Source: Podarcis liolepis | Taxonomy: Eukaryota | Assembly: GCA_965112155.1 (NCBI GenBank) | Contig: OZ218104.1 | Reading direction: 5' to 3' (one strand) | DNA: 64,000 nt | Shown: positions 49,975-62,327 of the stretch, piece by piece | How the letters are laid out: every line of letters starts with the position of its first letter | Position numbering within the stretch: position 1 is the first letter of the stretch | Position numbers and translations under genes: made by a program | Notes under the pieces: model-generated | What the model was told of the DNA's origin: nothing | What the model saw: only the letters and a program-made list of their open reading frames with translations | Database searches by the model: none

Positions 49975-50789
49975 CTTCAATGCACGGCACACAGGAAAAT
50001 CAGGAACTTAATTCATTTCCCAGGTGCCTGAAAAACTTCCCCCAATCAAGCTCCCCCCCCCCCCCCCGATCAAGTATGAATCAGCTCAGCCTCTTCAGCC
50101 ACCGAACCCCATCTCAGAGTACTCAAAAGGGCCCAGAGGCCTTCCCACCCCTGCTTCTGGCTAAAAAGGCAGCAGCTGGCTGCAGCTGGGAGGCTCCGAT
50201 GCCAGGCAAATGCAACCCAGGTAACTAGGCATGGGGAGAAGTATGGCTTCCAGGATGACCAGCAATTTAGGGAGGCTGTTTGAGCAGTTCATTATGTCAT
50301 CAGGTGCACCATGGGTCAGCCAACCTTTGGCAGGTCAGAGTCATTTTGGCCCTTTGAAGCCTATTTTGGAGCCTGGAGTCAACAGGGCTCTGATATGGAG
50401 GATGAGGTGGAATCTGAACTCTTAGTTCCAGAAACTGGACTACAGGGATTTGGTGCCATCACCACATTCTGGCTGCAGTGTGTTGGGCTGTCTGAATGTT
50501 GGCTCAGCATTTAGGGTCTCCTTCTTGAACCTTTCAAAGTATGCTTATTTGCCCTCATCTCCCCCGGTTTACATGCTTAAACACCCTTGGGGATATGTGC
50601 TTCTCACAGTTCAGGGATCAAGCCTGGGGAAAGAAGCCACAATGAGAGGATGAAGAACAGCAAATATTATAATGGAAATGACCAGCGAACTACATCCATT
50701 CCTAAGGATAACTCTACAATCACTGCCCACAGTGACAATGTCCTCCCCGCTCTTTGAGGGACAGAGTATATTCCCAGGCCTGCTCTGAC

Positions 50790-50931
50790 CTCTTTTTTCT
50801 CTCACGCAGGGCCAGCAACAGTTCATGATCAAACTGGACTTTTTGTTCTTCGGTGAGAGCATCATACTCCTCTTCATCCATCTCCTGAAGACGAACCTTC
50901 TCTCTTGCAATGGCCTCCTGCTGCTCCCGTT
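50790..50931 (-). CDS. HYDIN: HYDIN exon (approx. 44)
   Basis: AAG acceptor; EREQQEAIAR...EMDEEEYDALTEE...ERKKR. Confidence 0.9.
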
Positions 50932-51683
50932 CTTCCAAGCAGACAAAGGAGAAAGAAAGACACCAGAAACTTACCAGGAGAGCCACATCCAAGGCAAGTG
51001 GCAATACCTCATGCCACCCATGCCCCCAACCCATTAAATTTATTGCAGAGCAAATATCAGGGGGTGGGGACAGCAAAACAGGGGAGTTGCAGATCAAACT
51101 GAGTAGTAGCATTAAGCTAAAATCCTGGGAGAGAATGGTTGGGTTCTATATACAGTAGGGAGGGGTGAATCTCTCCATTTCCATTTCTCACCTTTCCACT
51201 CTTCAGTTTGTTTTACACATTTCCAAATGAGTTTGCATTTTTTAAAAATAAAAATAAAAAACAAATCCTCATGAAAATTCATCAACATTTGACTGCTAAT
51301 TTTTCCTAATATACGTAAGTTTGTATGCAGTTTTGCCTAAAACACATTTTTGCAAAGCAACGTTCCCTTATATTTGCATTTTTATGCACACTTGGGGTTG
51401 CCATATTTCACAAAGTTAATTTCCTGGCACCCACATAGTTGTTGAGCAAGACCCCAAGATTGTTGAGTTTTTAAAGGAAACCACCTTTTTGTGGGAACAA
51501 ACCCAAATTGTTGAAAACCGGGGCAAGTGAAGATTTTTCCTAATGTATGGAAAGCCTGTAAACCAAATATACAAAAGTGAATTTCTCCCCTATCCCTGAT
51601 TCTCAGCAAGTGGAAGCAAAACAAAGAGGAACAGCTGGGCTAAGCAAGGGACCACCACCTTCCCAACTCCTCCTCCTCCTTAC

Positions 51684-51867
51684 CTTCCTGCTCTTGCTTG
51701 GCCTTCTCTCTGGCTTTCATAGCAACAAAGTCCTGGAACAGGTTCACAAAATAGATGTGGCGCCTGTTGTTGATAGCTTTGAGTAGACAGGTAAGCGCCG
51801 ATGCCATGCTGCGGGCAAACAAGGTATCCAGCCCATCAAACACCATGCCACGATAGCAGTCGCTCAG
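51684..51867 (-). CDS. HYDIN: HYDIN exon (approx. 43)
   Basis: GT-AG; LSDCYRGMVFDGLDTLF...KQEQE. Confidence 0.93.
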
Positions 51868-53090
51868 CTGTTGGAAAATGAAAGCACATCCCCGTTAGGC
51901 TCAGGCAAGGCTTTGGCCACTGCCAGGCACAGATCCTGTTGCAGCAGGAGTCACCTGGCAGCAGTCACTCTGCTGATAGGCTACCTGCATGAGAGAGATG
52001 GGAAGCAGGAGGCTCATCCCATCAGCTTTGCCAAAAAAAAACAGCTCCATAAGGCACCTCCGGCCCCTGAACTGTTCATATGGCAGCTGGTCATGCTGAG
52101 AACTAATATTTAAGAAGTGGTGCCTGGTTTGCTTTCCCCCCTTTTCTCACCCTATCCATTTTTCCTTGTGTGTTGTGTTTCTTAGATTGTAAGTCTGTGT
52201 GGGCAGGGACTGTTTAATTTAACATTGTATGTAAGATACTATGGGAACCTTTTTGGCAGATGAGTGGGGTACAAATGCTCTAAATAAATAAGTAAAGTGG
52301 TTCTAAAATCAGCTGAAGCACCACTGAATTGCTGGAAAGCAAACCAACTCCCATTCTTCCCTGTTGGAAAAGGGAGTTTTTCAGCTACTGGCCAAGAAGC
52401 CTCCTTGCAGGGCACTCTCACCTGGGCTCCTGCACCTCGGTGATAATGCCAGTTAGGATTTCAGTGCTATTGCTGTGGCATCTAGCTATGTAACACTGGA
52501 ACACAGAGGGAGAGACCTGAGGCCACCCACCCCAGGCCCTTTAACTGGAAGCCACAGCTTTTTCTGGCAAATCTGCTGCCTCCTTGGCCTTTCTCCATTT
52601 TCCCCAAGCATCACCCACTGTGGCCCTCTAGTATAGCTGCATTCCTCATCAAAATATAACTTTCATCCTCTCTTTGTCTGTGGAGCCTGGGATACTTCAC
52701 AACCATCTTTGCAAAATATATTTTATGGGAATCCTGCTAGACAACTGGATCTAGATTATAGCTACTGCTCCACATTTTTAAAGCTCATTGGAAGTAGAAG
52801 TGATCCATAGCCCTTAGCACCATAGGAAACCCTAATTCTTGTTTGCCAGCTACAAGAGACCCTAAGTGCAGGTAACTTTACCTGCTCACACTCATCTCTT
52901 CAATTCTTTGCTCTCCCCATTTTCTTGGCAGTCTTCACAACTGCCAACATTTGATCTATAAACTCCTTGTGACAAAAACCTGACTTTTTTAGTTCACAAT
53001 ATTTCAATAAAGCACTATGTACAATGATGGAACAAGAATTGATATATGATAGTAGTGATAAAATTGCCTGCAATAAATGTATCATTAGTA

Positions 53091-53332
53091 CAGTGGTACC
53101 TCTGGTTACGTACTTAATTCGTTCCGGAGGTCCATTCTTAACCTGAAATGGTTCTTAACTTGAAGCACCACTTTAGCTAATGGGGCCTCCCGCTGCTGCT
53201 GCACCACTGGAGCACAATTTCTGTTCTGATCCTGAAGCAAAGTTCTTAACCTGAGGTACTATTTCTGGGTTAGCGGAGTCTGTAACCTGAAGCATATGTA
53301 ACCTGAAGCATATGTAACCCGAGGTACCACTG
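53091..53332. mobile_element. Tigger/pogo-like MITE
   Basis: TIRs CAGTGGTACCTCTGGTTAC / GTAACCCGAGGTACCACTG with TA TSDs; subterminal tandem TGTAACCTGAAGCATA. Confidence 0.9.
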
Positions 53333-53666
53333 TACTCTCATTTTAGAATGAAAAACTGAGGTTGACAGGTGCTCATGGTCCCTCCATTTCTTTATTGTGA
53401 TTGGCCAGGAATTGTGATTTGGCAATGGGTATTTGATAGCCAAGTGCACAGGACTCTGGGCCACACTGGCTCTCCACTGAAATCACACCAGGAAAAGGGA
53501 CCCTAGAAAGCCATCTGCAACTCTGCCATGGTCCTTTATGCAGGAAGGGACAGGATACTCCTGACCTGGCAGGCAGACATTGTGCAGACCCAGGCCCAGG
53601 ATTCCAGATGGAACCACTGTGAGACCCCCAAACTGCATGGCTAGTGTCTCCCTTTGCTGCTGTTAC

Positions 53667-53804
53667 CTGCATCCTCTCTGAAAGAATCTCCACCAATAGC
53701 TCCTCTGGAAGCACACAGCTCAACAGGCCGTAATCTCCTGCCACACTGCCACAGAGGCTAAGGCGCCGCTGGATCGGAGCGCTGGGAATAGGGCTGGACG
53801 GAAT
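53667..53804 (-). CDS. HYDIN: HYDIN exon (approx. 42)
   Basis: GT-AG; IPSSPIPSAP...SCVLPEELLVEILSERMQ. Confidence 0.92.
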
Positions 53805-55104
53805 CTGTAAATTGGGGATAAGACAGAAAGTTCCTACAAGAAACCTGCTGAGCTAGAAGGCACCTGCTTCTCCCTTCAACTCAGCCACCCCTGGGTCACC
53901 ACTTTCCCTCCCAGCTTAGGGAGATGGAATAAAGCATGGTCAATTGCCAAGAGGACAAGGGAGGGGAGTCTGAGGCAGGGAAGAGGCAGAAAGAGAAACA
54001 CATATACAAACTAATAAATACACAACACTTTGAAAATTGACCTTTCCACAAAATATGGCTCTCTGGGCCAGTCTCTCAAAGCTGAGGTCTTTTTGTGCCT
54101 CCCATTAAGATGTGTCTCTTGTCCTTGGCCATCTGGGCTGCCCTCTGTGAGAGCAGGAACAGAGTGAGGGTCAGATGCCAAATTCTGACTAAGGGAAACT
54201 TTAAACACAAATGGCACCATTTAACTTCAAAACCAGCAGGATGTCTTTCCAAGGAAGGTGCTTCAGAGGCCTGATGTATGCATTGCTCTCTCCAAGCGTC
54301 AGCACCTGGTTATCAAAGGGCAGAGGGGCAGCTCCAACCAAGTGTCAAGACAAGTGGACCAGCCACAAGTGGCTCCTCTTCCCAAGGGCAGCTGCATCAG
54401 CACCCATTTTTTTCCAGTGGCTCCAAGGCCAGCAAGAGAACCTGGTAAGAACTGCCTTCAAGGCATGAAAACAGGAATGTTTAACCAAAGGCCACTCTAG
54501 ACAGGTAGTATATTGCTTTGGGTGTATTCTGCAAAACATTCCTGACACAGTAATAGTGTATCAGCAGTGGGTTTATTCTGCTTTATTAGTTGTTCTACAA
54601 TGCTACTGTGTAATTGCTGGCTGGAGAAGTTGCACTGCAATAAAACCAGGACAAGTATAAGCCAGAACATTAGTGCTGTATCATTGTGAATCTGCACTAA
54701 AAAGTATGTCTGCATGGGCCCAAACACCTCAACAGTATAAGAAAAGGAATCCACAGTATGGTCTGAGAGGACCTGAAATTGCTGCAGCATTCTTGAAGCA
54801 AAGCAAATACAAACTAATCAATTCCTGGATGGGTGACCATTGGGAGACCCACCTGAGAGAAAGGTAGGTGTATCAGAAGTATTTACAGAATGGCATTACA
54901 AGGGGCACTAGGCCTCAGCATTGGGACACCATACTATTCCCCTCAGGAAGGGGCAACAGGGTTGCAGGAATTTTTGGCAAATCTTAAGAAGCTGCCTTAA
55001 AGTGAGTTGGACCATTGGTCTATCTTGCTCAGTATGGTTTACACCAACCTGGTGGGTTGATGGGAGTTGTAGTCCAACACCTGGAGGGCACCAGGTTGGT
55101 GGAA

Positions 55105-55240
55105 GCCTGTCTACACTGACTGGCAGAGGCTCTCCAGGATTTTAAACGAAGCAGGGTAGTTCCCCATTCCATCCTAGGAATGTCAACGATTGAACCTTTG
55201 ACCTTCTGCACGCCAAGCATATGCTCTACCACTGGGTCAT
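55105..55240 (-). mobile_element. tRNA(Ala)-like SINE fragment
   Basis: Minus strand CAGTGGTAGAGCATATGCTTGGCGTGCAGAAGGTCAAAGGTTCAATC carries degenerate A and B boxes. Confidence 0.55.
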
Positions 55241-55262
55241 TGCTCTTCCTCAGTTCTCTCAC

Positions 55263-55486
55263 CTGGGATCCAGGTTGATCAGATTGTTGATGCTGCTGCT
55301 GCTTTTGTGATGTGTGACCTTCAGACTTGCCCTTTGCCGTCGCCGTGCTTCCCCTATAGCCTCTAGAGATGGCTGAGAGGGGTCCTGTTTTGGACTCTGA
55401 ACTATGGCTGCCTTCTGAGGTGTGCTTACCCAGAGCCTCTGTACTGAGCCTGTTATTCAGAGGCAGGGTGAGCTGCCCTTCAGTTC
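55263..55486 (-). CDS. HYDIN: HYDIN exon (approx. 41)
   Basis: Translated by hand; TEGQLTLPLNNRLSTE...QPGSQ; phase links both neighbours. Confidence 0.85.
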
Positions 55487-55974
55487 CTTGATGGGAAAGA
55501 CAGACAGAAATAGTTCCTTGATGTTTTACAAGTCAGAGAAGTGAACACTACTTCAGCATCCAAACTTGGCAAGGCATAGTGATGAGATCTCAGTGGGTGA
55601 ATTGGGAAAGGTTGGCCTCAGCCAACTATGTCTGCCTGGCTACCCATTGCAGTGTCAGCATAAGCAAGGAGAGGGAGCACTGTGCTCTCTTCCATTAGGC
55701 CTCTTTACCCAGAGCCAGGTTTTGAGGGCCTGTATCTAGTTTTGGGCCAAAAGGTCAGACTGGGCATGCAGTTAGTGCAGCTCACAACAGCCTCCCTGAC
55801 TGAGCTGCTAGAGGCCCTCTCAGATGTGGGGTTGCAGAACATTCACACTGAGGTCACTGTTGGGTCAGCTCAGGTCTCCACAGCCTTCATGATAACATTA
55901 AGGTTTTCCTAATTTGTCGCTAGGCAAGACATACCTTCAAGTAGTTTCCCTATGGGAGAGTATTTGCTATTTAA

Positions 55975-56215
55975 TTGTGACATTTCTATCCCATCTTTTC
56001 CTCCAAAGAACTCAAGAAGGCATACGTGGTTCTTCCCCATCTCATTTAATTATCACAACAACCCTGCAGGGTAGGTTAGGCTGAGAGATCATGACTGGTC
56101 CAAGGTCATCACTCAGTGAGCTGAAGCTGAGTGGGGATTTAAGTAGCCGAGTGTGGATTTGATCCCTTGTTTCCCAAGTCCTATTCCAATGCTCTAACTA
56201 CTACCCCACCACTGG
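55975..56215 (-). mobile_element. Third copy of the same SINE, reverse orientation
   Basis: Reverse complement matches the head and body of the 7071 copy. Confidence 0.65.
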
Positions 56216-56353
56216 ATATACCCTGCTGGAGTGAGAGTCAAGCTGGTCCTGAGAAGAGAGTAAAAGTTCACTGAGGATGGGCTATGGGGAGCACAGTCAA
56301 AGGCCAGATGGGTACTTGCCATGATGTTGAAGACCCCCCCAACCCCCACTTAC

Positions 56354-56527
56354 CCCCCTCTTCATTTTCCCGTTGTGCCAGTTCAATGGCAGCTCGGATG
56401 CAGAGTTCACGAGCACGAAGCCCTGCTGAAGTGTTCCCATCAGAGATGGCTTCCAAGACCACAGAATCAATGGATAAGCAAGCAGCACTGTAGTGTTTGG
56501 CAAGGGTGATGGCTGCACTGGACTTTC
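56354..56527 (-). CDS. HYDIN: HYDIN exon (approx. 40)
   Basis: GT-AG; KSSAAITLAKHYSAACLSID...ENEEG. Confidence 0.92.
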
Positions 56528-57234
56528 CTAGAGAAATCAGAGACAAAGGTATTGGTAAACACACACACACTTTCACCATCCATCATTTATTGACATCCCT
56601 TTATATCTGGGATGGAGGGGCTTTTTCAGTCTAAGGGCCACATTCTCTTCTGGACAACTATCTGAGGGCCACATGGCAGTGGGGGGTGGGGCCGGAAGCA
56701 AAAGTGGGTGGAACAATGAATGTGAACAGTAAGCCAGTTTCTACATACTCTCTCACTTACCCCTCTCTTCCAGAGAAGCAATAATTCAAGGACATAGTCC
56801 AGTAAGACAAAAACATGGGGGGGGGGAGTAAACCAGAAGGGCCAGCAGTGATGGATGGGTGGGGTCTGGGGAGAGTTCTAACGGGAGTTCTTAACAGACT
56901 CTCTAAAACAGGAGCATGGCTGCCTTCCCAGGGCAAATCCCCTCTCCCTGGCACCCGCCATTCATCAAGGAAGAACAAGGCAGGTCACTCTGCCTGCTCT
57001 GCATTAAGCGCACCTCTAGCTTAGCCTACGGTTAGCATCAGCCTTGGCAAGAAAATGCCTCGAGTCCTTCAGCTCCCAAAAAAGTTGTTCACAAACTAAA
57101 AAATATTCAGAAGAGAGCTGCAAAAAACTGAGGATGACAGTGAGATCTCAGAGCACATGGTGGTACTCAGATGCCATCTGGGAGTATACAGTCACCACAG
57201 ATGTAGCCCTGCTGCTCCGAGGTGGTCTCTGTAC

Positions 57235-57405
57235 CTGTAAGGGGAGCACCATGGATGATGATGGCAATGCCCCTGCGGTTCCTGGCAGCCCGTCCTTCTG
57301 GAGATATATCAATGCCAAGGTGACGCGCAATGGCTTTTGAGACAGGGTTGTTGTCTAGCTCTCCCACAGCTTCCTTATTCTTGATCACACTTTGCTGACT
57401 CCCTC
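57235..57405 (-). CDS. HYDIN: HYDIN exon (approx. 39)
   Basis: GT-AG; GSQQSVIKNK...AIARHLGIDIS...IIHGAPLT. Confidence 0.92.
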
Positions 57406-58269
57406 CTGAAAAGGAATCAGGGCTATAGACAGCTTGCTCAAAGGCCATATCCTTCAAAGGGCTTCAGAAAGGAAAGATGTCAGGTACAAATAGTACATCT
57501 TCAGAAATTGCACAGACCCTTTTATTTTCAAGGAGGAACAGAGGGTTGGCCAAATGGGAGAAATCCTTAAGCCCAATAAGGAATGCCACTCTCTCATCTT
57601 TGCTGCTGCAGATGGCAGGGGTGTCCGTGGCTTTTTTAATCCTTTACTGCAACTGACAGTATATATCTATACATTTGCTCTGGGGTTAAAAATAAATAAA
57701 TCTAACTCCAGAACCTGTAATCTGTTTCAATGAGCTTATTTTGAACGCTTTATACTGATCCTGTCAGGCAGGGTAAGAAATTGTTTTTGTTTTAATTTAT
57801 CACATTTTTAATGTACTTGTATCTCTCTTCTTTCTATTGCTCGCTCTGTCCCTCCAGCCTCAACACCCTTTATGTGACTTCTTACCAATGCTGTCATGTG
57901 CATTGATCAAACACTGTGCATTGGAATTTCACCACAGACCCCTGAACATAACATGCAAAAAAGATCAGCAATATCAGGGGAGACAAGCCAAGAGTGAAGC
58001 CTCATTCCTCTGTCAACATAGTGAGGGCCTGTGCACAAGCAATGGGTGGACAGGGCTTAAGCCTTTGTCCAATGGGAAAAGTCAAGATAATGTATTTCCA
58101 CTACAACTTCTGCAGCTGCTTCATGCTGGAGAACAAAATTTGCAGGAGATGGCATGCAACACAATTATGGGTCAAAAGGATTTTGTCAAGCCAGGTATTT
58201 TTGAGATTTAGAAAACATGCACTTGTCCACAATTCCAACACATGTGGAACCTAAATTCTCCTGATCTAG

Positions 58270-58377
58270 ATTCAGGTAGGTAGTCGTGTTGGTCTGACGC
58301 AGTCGAAATATATAATATTTTTTTTAAATGTCCAGTAGCACCTTAGAGACCAACTAAGTTTGTTCTTGGTGTAAGCT
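58270..58377 (-). mobile_element. Short Penelope-like 3' fragment with TSD
   Basis: Similar to 39488-39586 in reverse; flanked by TTCTCCTGATCTAG at 58256-58269 and 58378-58391. Confidence 0.8.
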
Positions 58378-58544
58378 TTCTCCTGATCTAGTTCCTTATA
58401 GATTTTCACCATGAGGTGGCAGCAAAATGTCACTATGTGGATGTCTAAATCTTTCCCCATTACATCACATACATTTTCTTTTTTCAGTGGTGATGATGAC
58501 ATGCTCTTTTCACTGTCCCAGCAGCAATAGAAGCTCTCACTCAC

Positions 58545-58739
58545 CTTGTCCTCTGTCTGTCCCCTCCTCTTCCTCTTCTTCCTCCTGATCAAATTTTGAT
58601 TCCACCCTGAAAGTTCTGGTATCCTCGTTAAGGGAAAGAGAAGGATGAGCAGAGGCCGCCGTGGATGTTGTTTGCCCAGCACTGGAAGGGAGGAGCTTCA
58701 TCCCATGATCAGAAATTAAAGCATTTTCTTCTTCTTCTA
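58545..58739 (-). CDS. HYDIN: HYDIN exon (approx. 38)
   Basis: TAGTAG acceptor; VEEEENALISD...TDRGQ; low complexity but phase-consistent. Confidence 0.8.
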
Positions 58740-59715
58740 CTAAAGAGGAAAGGAGGTCAGATGTCACAGTGCATACAAGAGACACCAAGTAATGTACTGG
58801 TGGCACTTTCAGAAGTTCCCCACACTCGGTCTTAACCAAAGCAAACCAGTGAAGGACATGCCATTCTCTATAGACCAACCTTTGCCAACTTGGCACCTTC
58901 CAGATGTTTTTGCCAGCAGCACCAATCAGCTCTTGGAAATAGGCTCAAAAACACAGAAGACTAGCTTCTAGCCTTCAGATTTTGTTGCCTGGACAAATAA
59001 CTGCATTTATGTATGGCTCACCTTAACCAATTGTAAAATAAAATGGGCAGAGGCTGCTTTTGAAAGACACCATGGCTTTGGAATGAAGGGATAATGATTT
59101 ATACCACCCACCCAGTTCATGCTCTATGTAGTCCATCCTGTGAAGGTGTGGTGATGCAGGGATTAGCGCTGGGGGGTGGTGTTGGTAAAGGGAGAGGGAA
59201 TTCAGTCACAGCAGCCAAGTCTGGGTGGGGAAGTAAGTCACAAGTCCTGTCAATGGGAAGCATCCAGATGTGCCAAGGTGGGAGAAGGGATTCCCCTGGC
59301 CTGGCACTTAGACCATACCCTTGGGCTGCAAATCTTTAAGAAACATACCCCACCCCCAATTCAATAATCCTGGGAACTGTAGTTTGTAAACTACTATTCC
59401 CAGGATTCTTTGGGGAACCCATGTGTTTCAAATGTGCTTTAAATGAATGGTGTGTATGCAGCCCTAGAATTTTGGGGCTGCAGGGGGAAGACAGTTGTGA
59501 ATCAGGTAGGGCCTCCTTTAATACTGGAATAGGTGTAGTCAGATGATATGGAAGCAGTGTGTAAGACCTGACATCACTTTGGGTTCCCGCTTTAGTTAAT
59601 GCTCCTGGATAGTTTGAGTAATCCTTGCAGAACTCTTTTGTCACATTAAATAATGAAAGTTGCAAGCACGGGGTTGTATCCAGCTAATTCCTACTCAGAG
59701 TACACATTGGCCAAA

Positions 59716-59780
59716 AGATTCCTGCATTGCAGGAGGTTACACTAGGTGACTCTCATGGTCCCTTCCAACTCTACAATTCT
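59716..59780 (+). mobile_element. Uninterrupted CR1-type 3' tail
   Basis: AGATTCCTGCATTGCAGGAGGTTACACTAGGTGACTCTCATGGTCCCTTCCAACTCTACAATTCT. Confidence 0.7.
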
Positions 59781-60017
59781 TCACCCACTGAAATTAATGA
59801 ACCTAAATTAGACATGTCCATTAACCTCAATGGGTCTACCGTGAGAATGACTAGCAAGGCATTACCCCACCTTTTCATTCCAGGAGTAGATGCAAAATCT
59901 AGAAATGAGCACAGCAGGTAGCTGGAATTAGTCAGTCCCCTTACACCCTCTCTGATGTCCAAAAATAGCCACCCCATGCAGCTGGACTCTCCAAAAAGCC
60001 CAGTCTCCTCAGCTCAC

Positions 60018-60174
60018 CATTTTCCTGATTACCGGTAACTGTCTCCTGGTCACCTTGAAACTTCTTCTGCTCCTCATAATATTCCAGGACTTCAAAAGGC
60101 AGCTTCTCCCCAGGGATGCGAGGAGGCAACAAAAGCATGTTATGGGTGTCATAGCCCTTCAACATCCGCAGAAT
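60018..60174 (-). CDS. HYDIN: HYDIN exon (approx. 37)
   Basis: GT-AG; ILRMLKGYDT...LLLPPR...GNQEN. Confidence 0.92.
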
Positions 60175-60430
60175 CTAAAACCAAGCAGATATATAAGGAT
60201 ACAAAGAACTGTCTCATGTGGAGTCTGGCCAGTGCTCCATTAAGGCCAGTATGAATGACTCTGAATTGCTGCAGTGTTCAACTTGTAGAAGTCAGTTTGC
60301 CCATAACCTGTTAGACTTGAGCCCACCATCTGTTGTTGACACTGTACCACACTTTGAACAGTGTGATTAGCAGAGTATGCACAGCTAGAGTTTGCAGCCT
60401 CAGATGGGAGGAAGTGTGCTTGATTCTTAC

Positions 60431-60670
60431 CCGCTCTTCCAACAGATACTGCTGGTCAAATTCCAAGGAGTAGAATTCAATGGGGAAGCTGCAAGGGTTC
60501 TTCACCACCACTTCAGCCTCATCCCCAATGGCGTAAGGCAAGAGGGGCCCAAGTTCCAGAATGGAAGGAGTGAACTCTAGACGCGGCTCCAGACCTTGCC
60601 CAGAGACATTCAGCTGCAGCTGCTGGGTGCTCTGGGAAATGCTCAGAATCAGGTAGTGGCGGTAGGATTT
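60431..60670 (-). CDS. HYDIN: HYDIN exon (approx. 36)
   Basis: GT-AG; KSYRHYLILS...PIEFYSLEFDQQYLLEER. Confidence 0.92.
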
Positions 60671-60698
60671 CTAAGATAACAAAAATTGGAGAGATTAT

Positions 60699-61061
60699 TT
60701 CACAGAACTGTAGAGATGGAAGGGACACCAAGATTCATCTCGTCCAGGGGTAGGCAACCTAAGGCCTGTGGGCTGGATGCGGCCCAATCGCCTTCTCAAT
60801 CCGGCCCACTGATGGTCCAGGAATCGGCGTGTTTTTACATGAGTAGAATGTGTGCTTTTATTTAAAATGCATCTCTGGATTATTTGTGGGGCATAGGAAT
60901 TCGTTCAGCTTTCCTTCAAAACATAGTCTGGCCCACCACATGGTCTGAGGGACGGTGGACCAGCCCATGGCTGAAAAAGGTTGCTGACCCCTGCTTGTCC
61001 AACTCTCTGCAATGCAGGATTCACAGCTAAAGAATCCCTGACAGATGACCATCCAACCTCT
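60699..61061 (-). mobile_element. CR1 LINE 3' end split by a hAT MITE
   Basis: Minus AGAGGTTGGATGGTCATCTGTCAGGGAT...ATCCTGCATTGCAG...GGAC[MITE]GACGAGATGA...GTCCCTTCCATCTCTACAGTTCTGTGA. Confidence 0.7.
60745..60993. mobile_element. hAT (Charlie-like) MITE
   Basis: TIRs CAGGGGTAGGCAACCT / AGGTTGCTGACCCCTG; internal GGCCC repeats. Confidence 0.85.
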
Positions 61062-61069
61062 TTTTATAT

Positions 61070-61070
<1 letters not shown>

Positions 61071-61129
<59 letters not shown>

Positions 61130-61130
61130 A
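61071..61130. repeat. (GAAA)n microsatellite, about 15 units
   Basis: Read directly. Confidence 0.95.
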
Positions 61131-62099
61131 TATAGAAAGGCCCAGGTTTAGCTCTTGCCTAGCAGTCGTAAGAAAACTATGCCCATGGATTCATATTTGT
61201 TGCATTGTCTTGCTCTACATTTGTGCTCAGCATAGTAATGTCAACTACCCATCTATTATAATGCTGGGAGTTCTGGCCTCACTCTGTTATAACATTCTCT
61301 TCCACCACCCATGCTGATATAAATACACCTGCCAGCAGAAGGCAGCACTTGATGTTTGATAATGCGGGCTCTCTCTAGCCCATGAAACCTCCTGCCATGA
61401 AATATATATTAGCCTGGAAGGTGCCACAAGATTCTTGGTTGTTTTGCTGGGCCAGACCAAGATTCCTCTCATCCCTCATGGCCTGTCATCAGCACTTTTC
61501 TTTCACCCTCTAAACTGGAAAAGCCCTCTTGGCTATCAAGGCTAAAGCTGTTGATACCTTATTTATTTATTTGTCATTTGTAAAATTTCTTACCCATCTT
61601 TCACAACAATACAACATGTTGTTATTAAAAAACAGATAAAACCATTCCTATTATAAAAACAAGTTAAAGCGCTCCAAATGGAACAGAATAGTCACTTTCT
61701 CCCCAACTTGTTCTGGACCTAGCCTATTCTCGACAGCTTTTATTAACCTCATGTGCTCTATGTTCAATGAGGCCAAGCTCCTTCCCATGTTCTGATCCTT
61801 AAGGACTCTGGGTGAGCACACCGCTGACCTAGCCTTCCATTCCAAAACATCATCGCTTTCAATGTTATCAATAGAAGGCTATCAATGCTGTGGTTCAACT
61901 CTAAGAGACTCGTTGACCTGTCTGCCAACATTTAAAAAGCTAAAATAATTCACACTAACTGTCACCAAATGAAGCATTTAAATCATCACTCCCCCCCCTC
62001 CAAATACCGACTAGAGGACTCTCATGTGCTACCATTGAACCCTCTTTGCAACGAGAGTTGCAACTGTTCAATAGCATGAACAGCATCCTGACCTCCTAC

Positions 62100-62249
62100 C
62101 TCTTCTCTGGGTGCAAACTTGACTTGCACATTGAGCCTCTCCCCCGGAGCCAGAATCCCATAGGGAGGGATCATCTCAAAGACATTGGGCTTGTGTTTTA
62201 ACTCACGGCGCATCTTCCGACGTAAGGCCATTGGCATGTGCTTGTCCAC
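62100..62249 (-). CDS. HYDIN: HYDIN exon (approx. 35)
   Basis: GT-AG; VDKHMPMALR...APREE. Confidence 0.92.
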
Positions 62250-62327
62250 CTAAACATACAACAAACAATGACATCACTGAGCAATGGATCTCTGTGCCAT
62301 TGTGAACAGACCTGTTCCCACCCTAAC

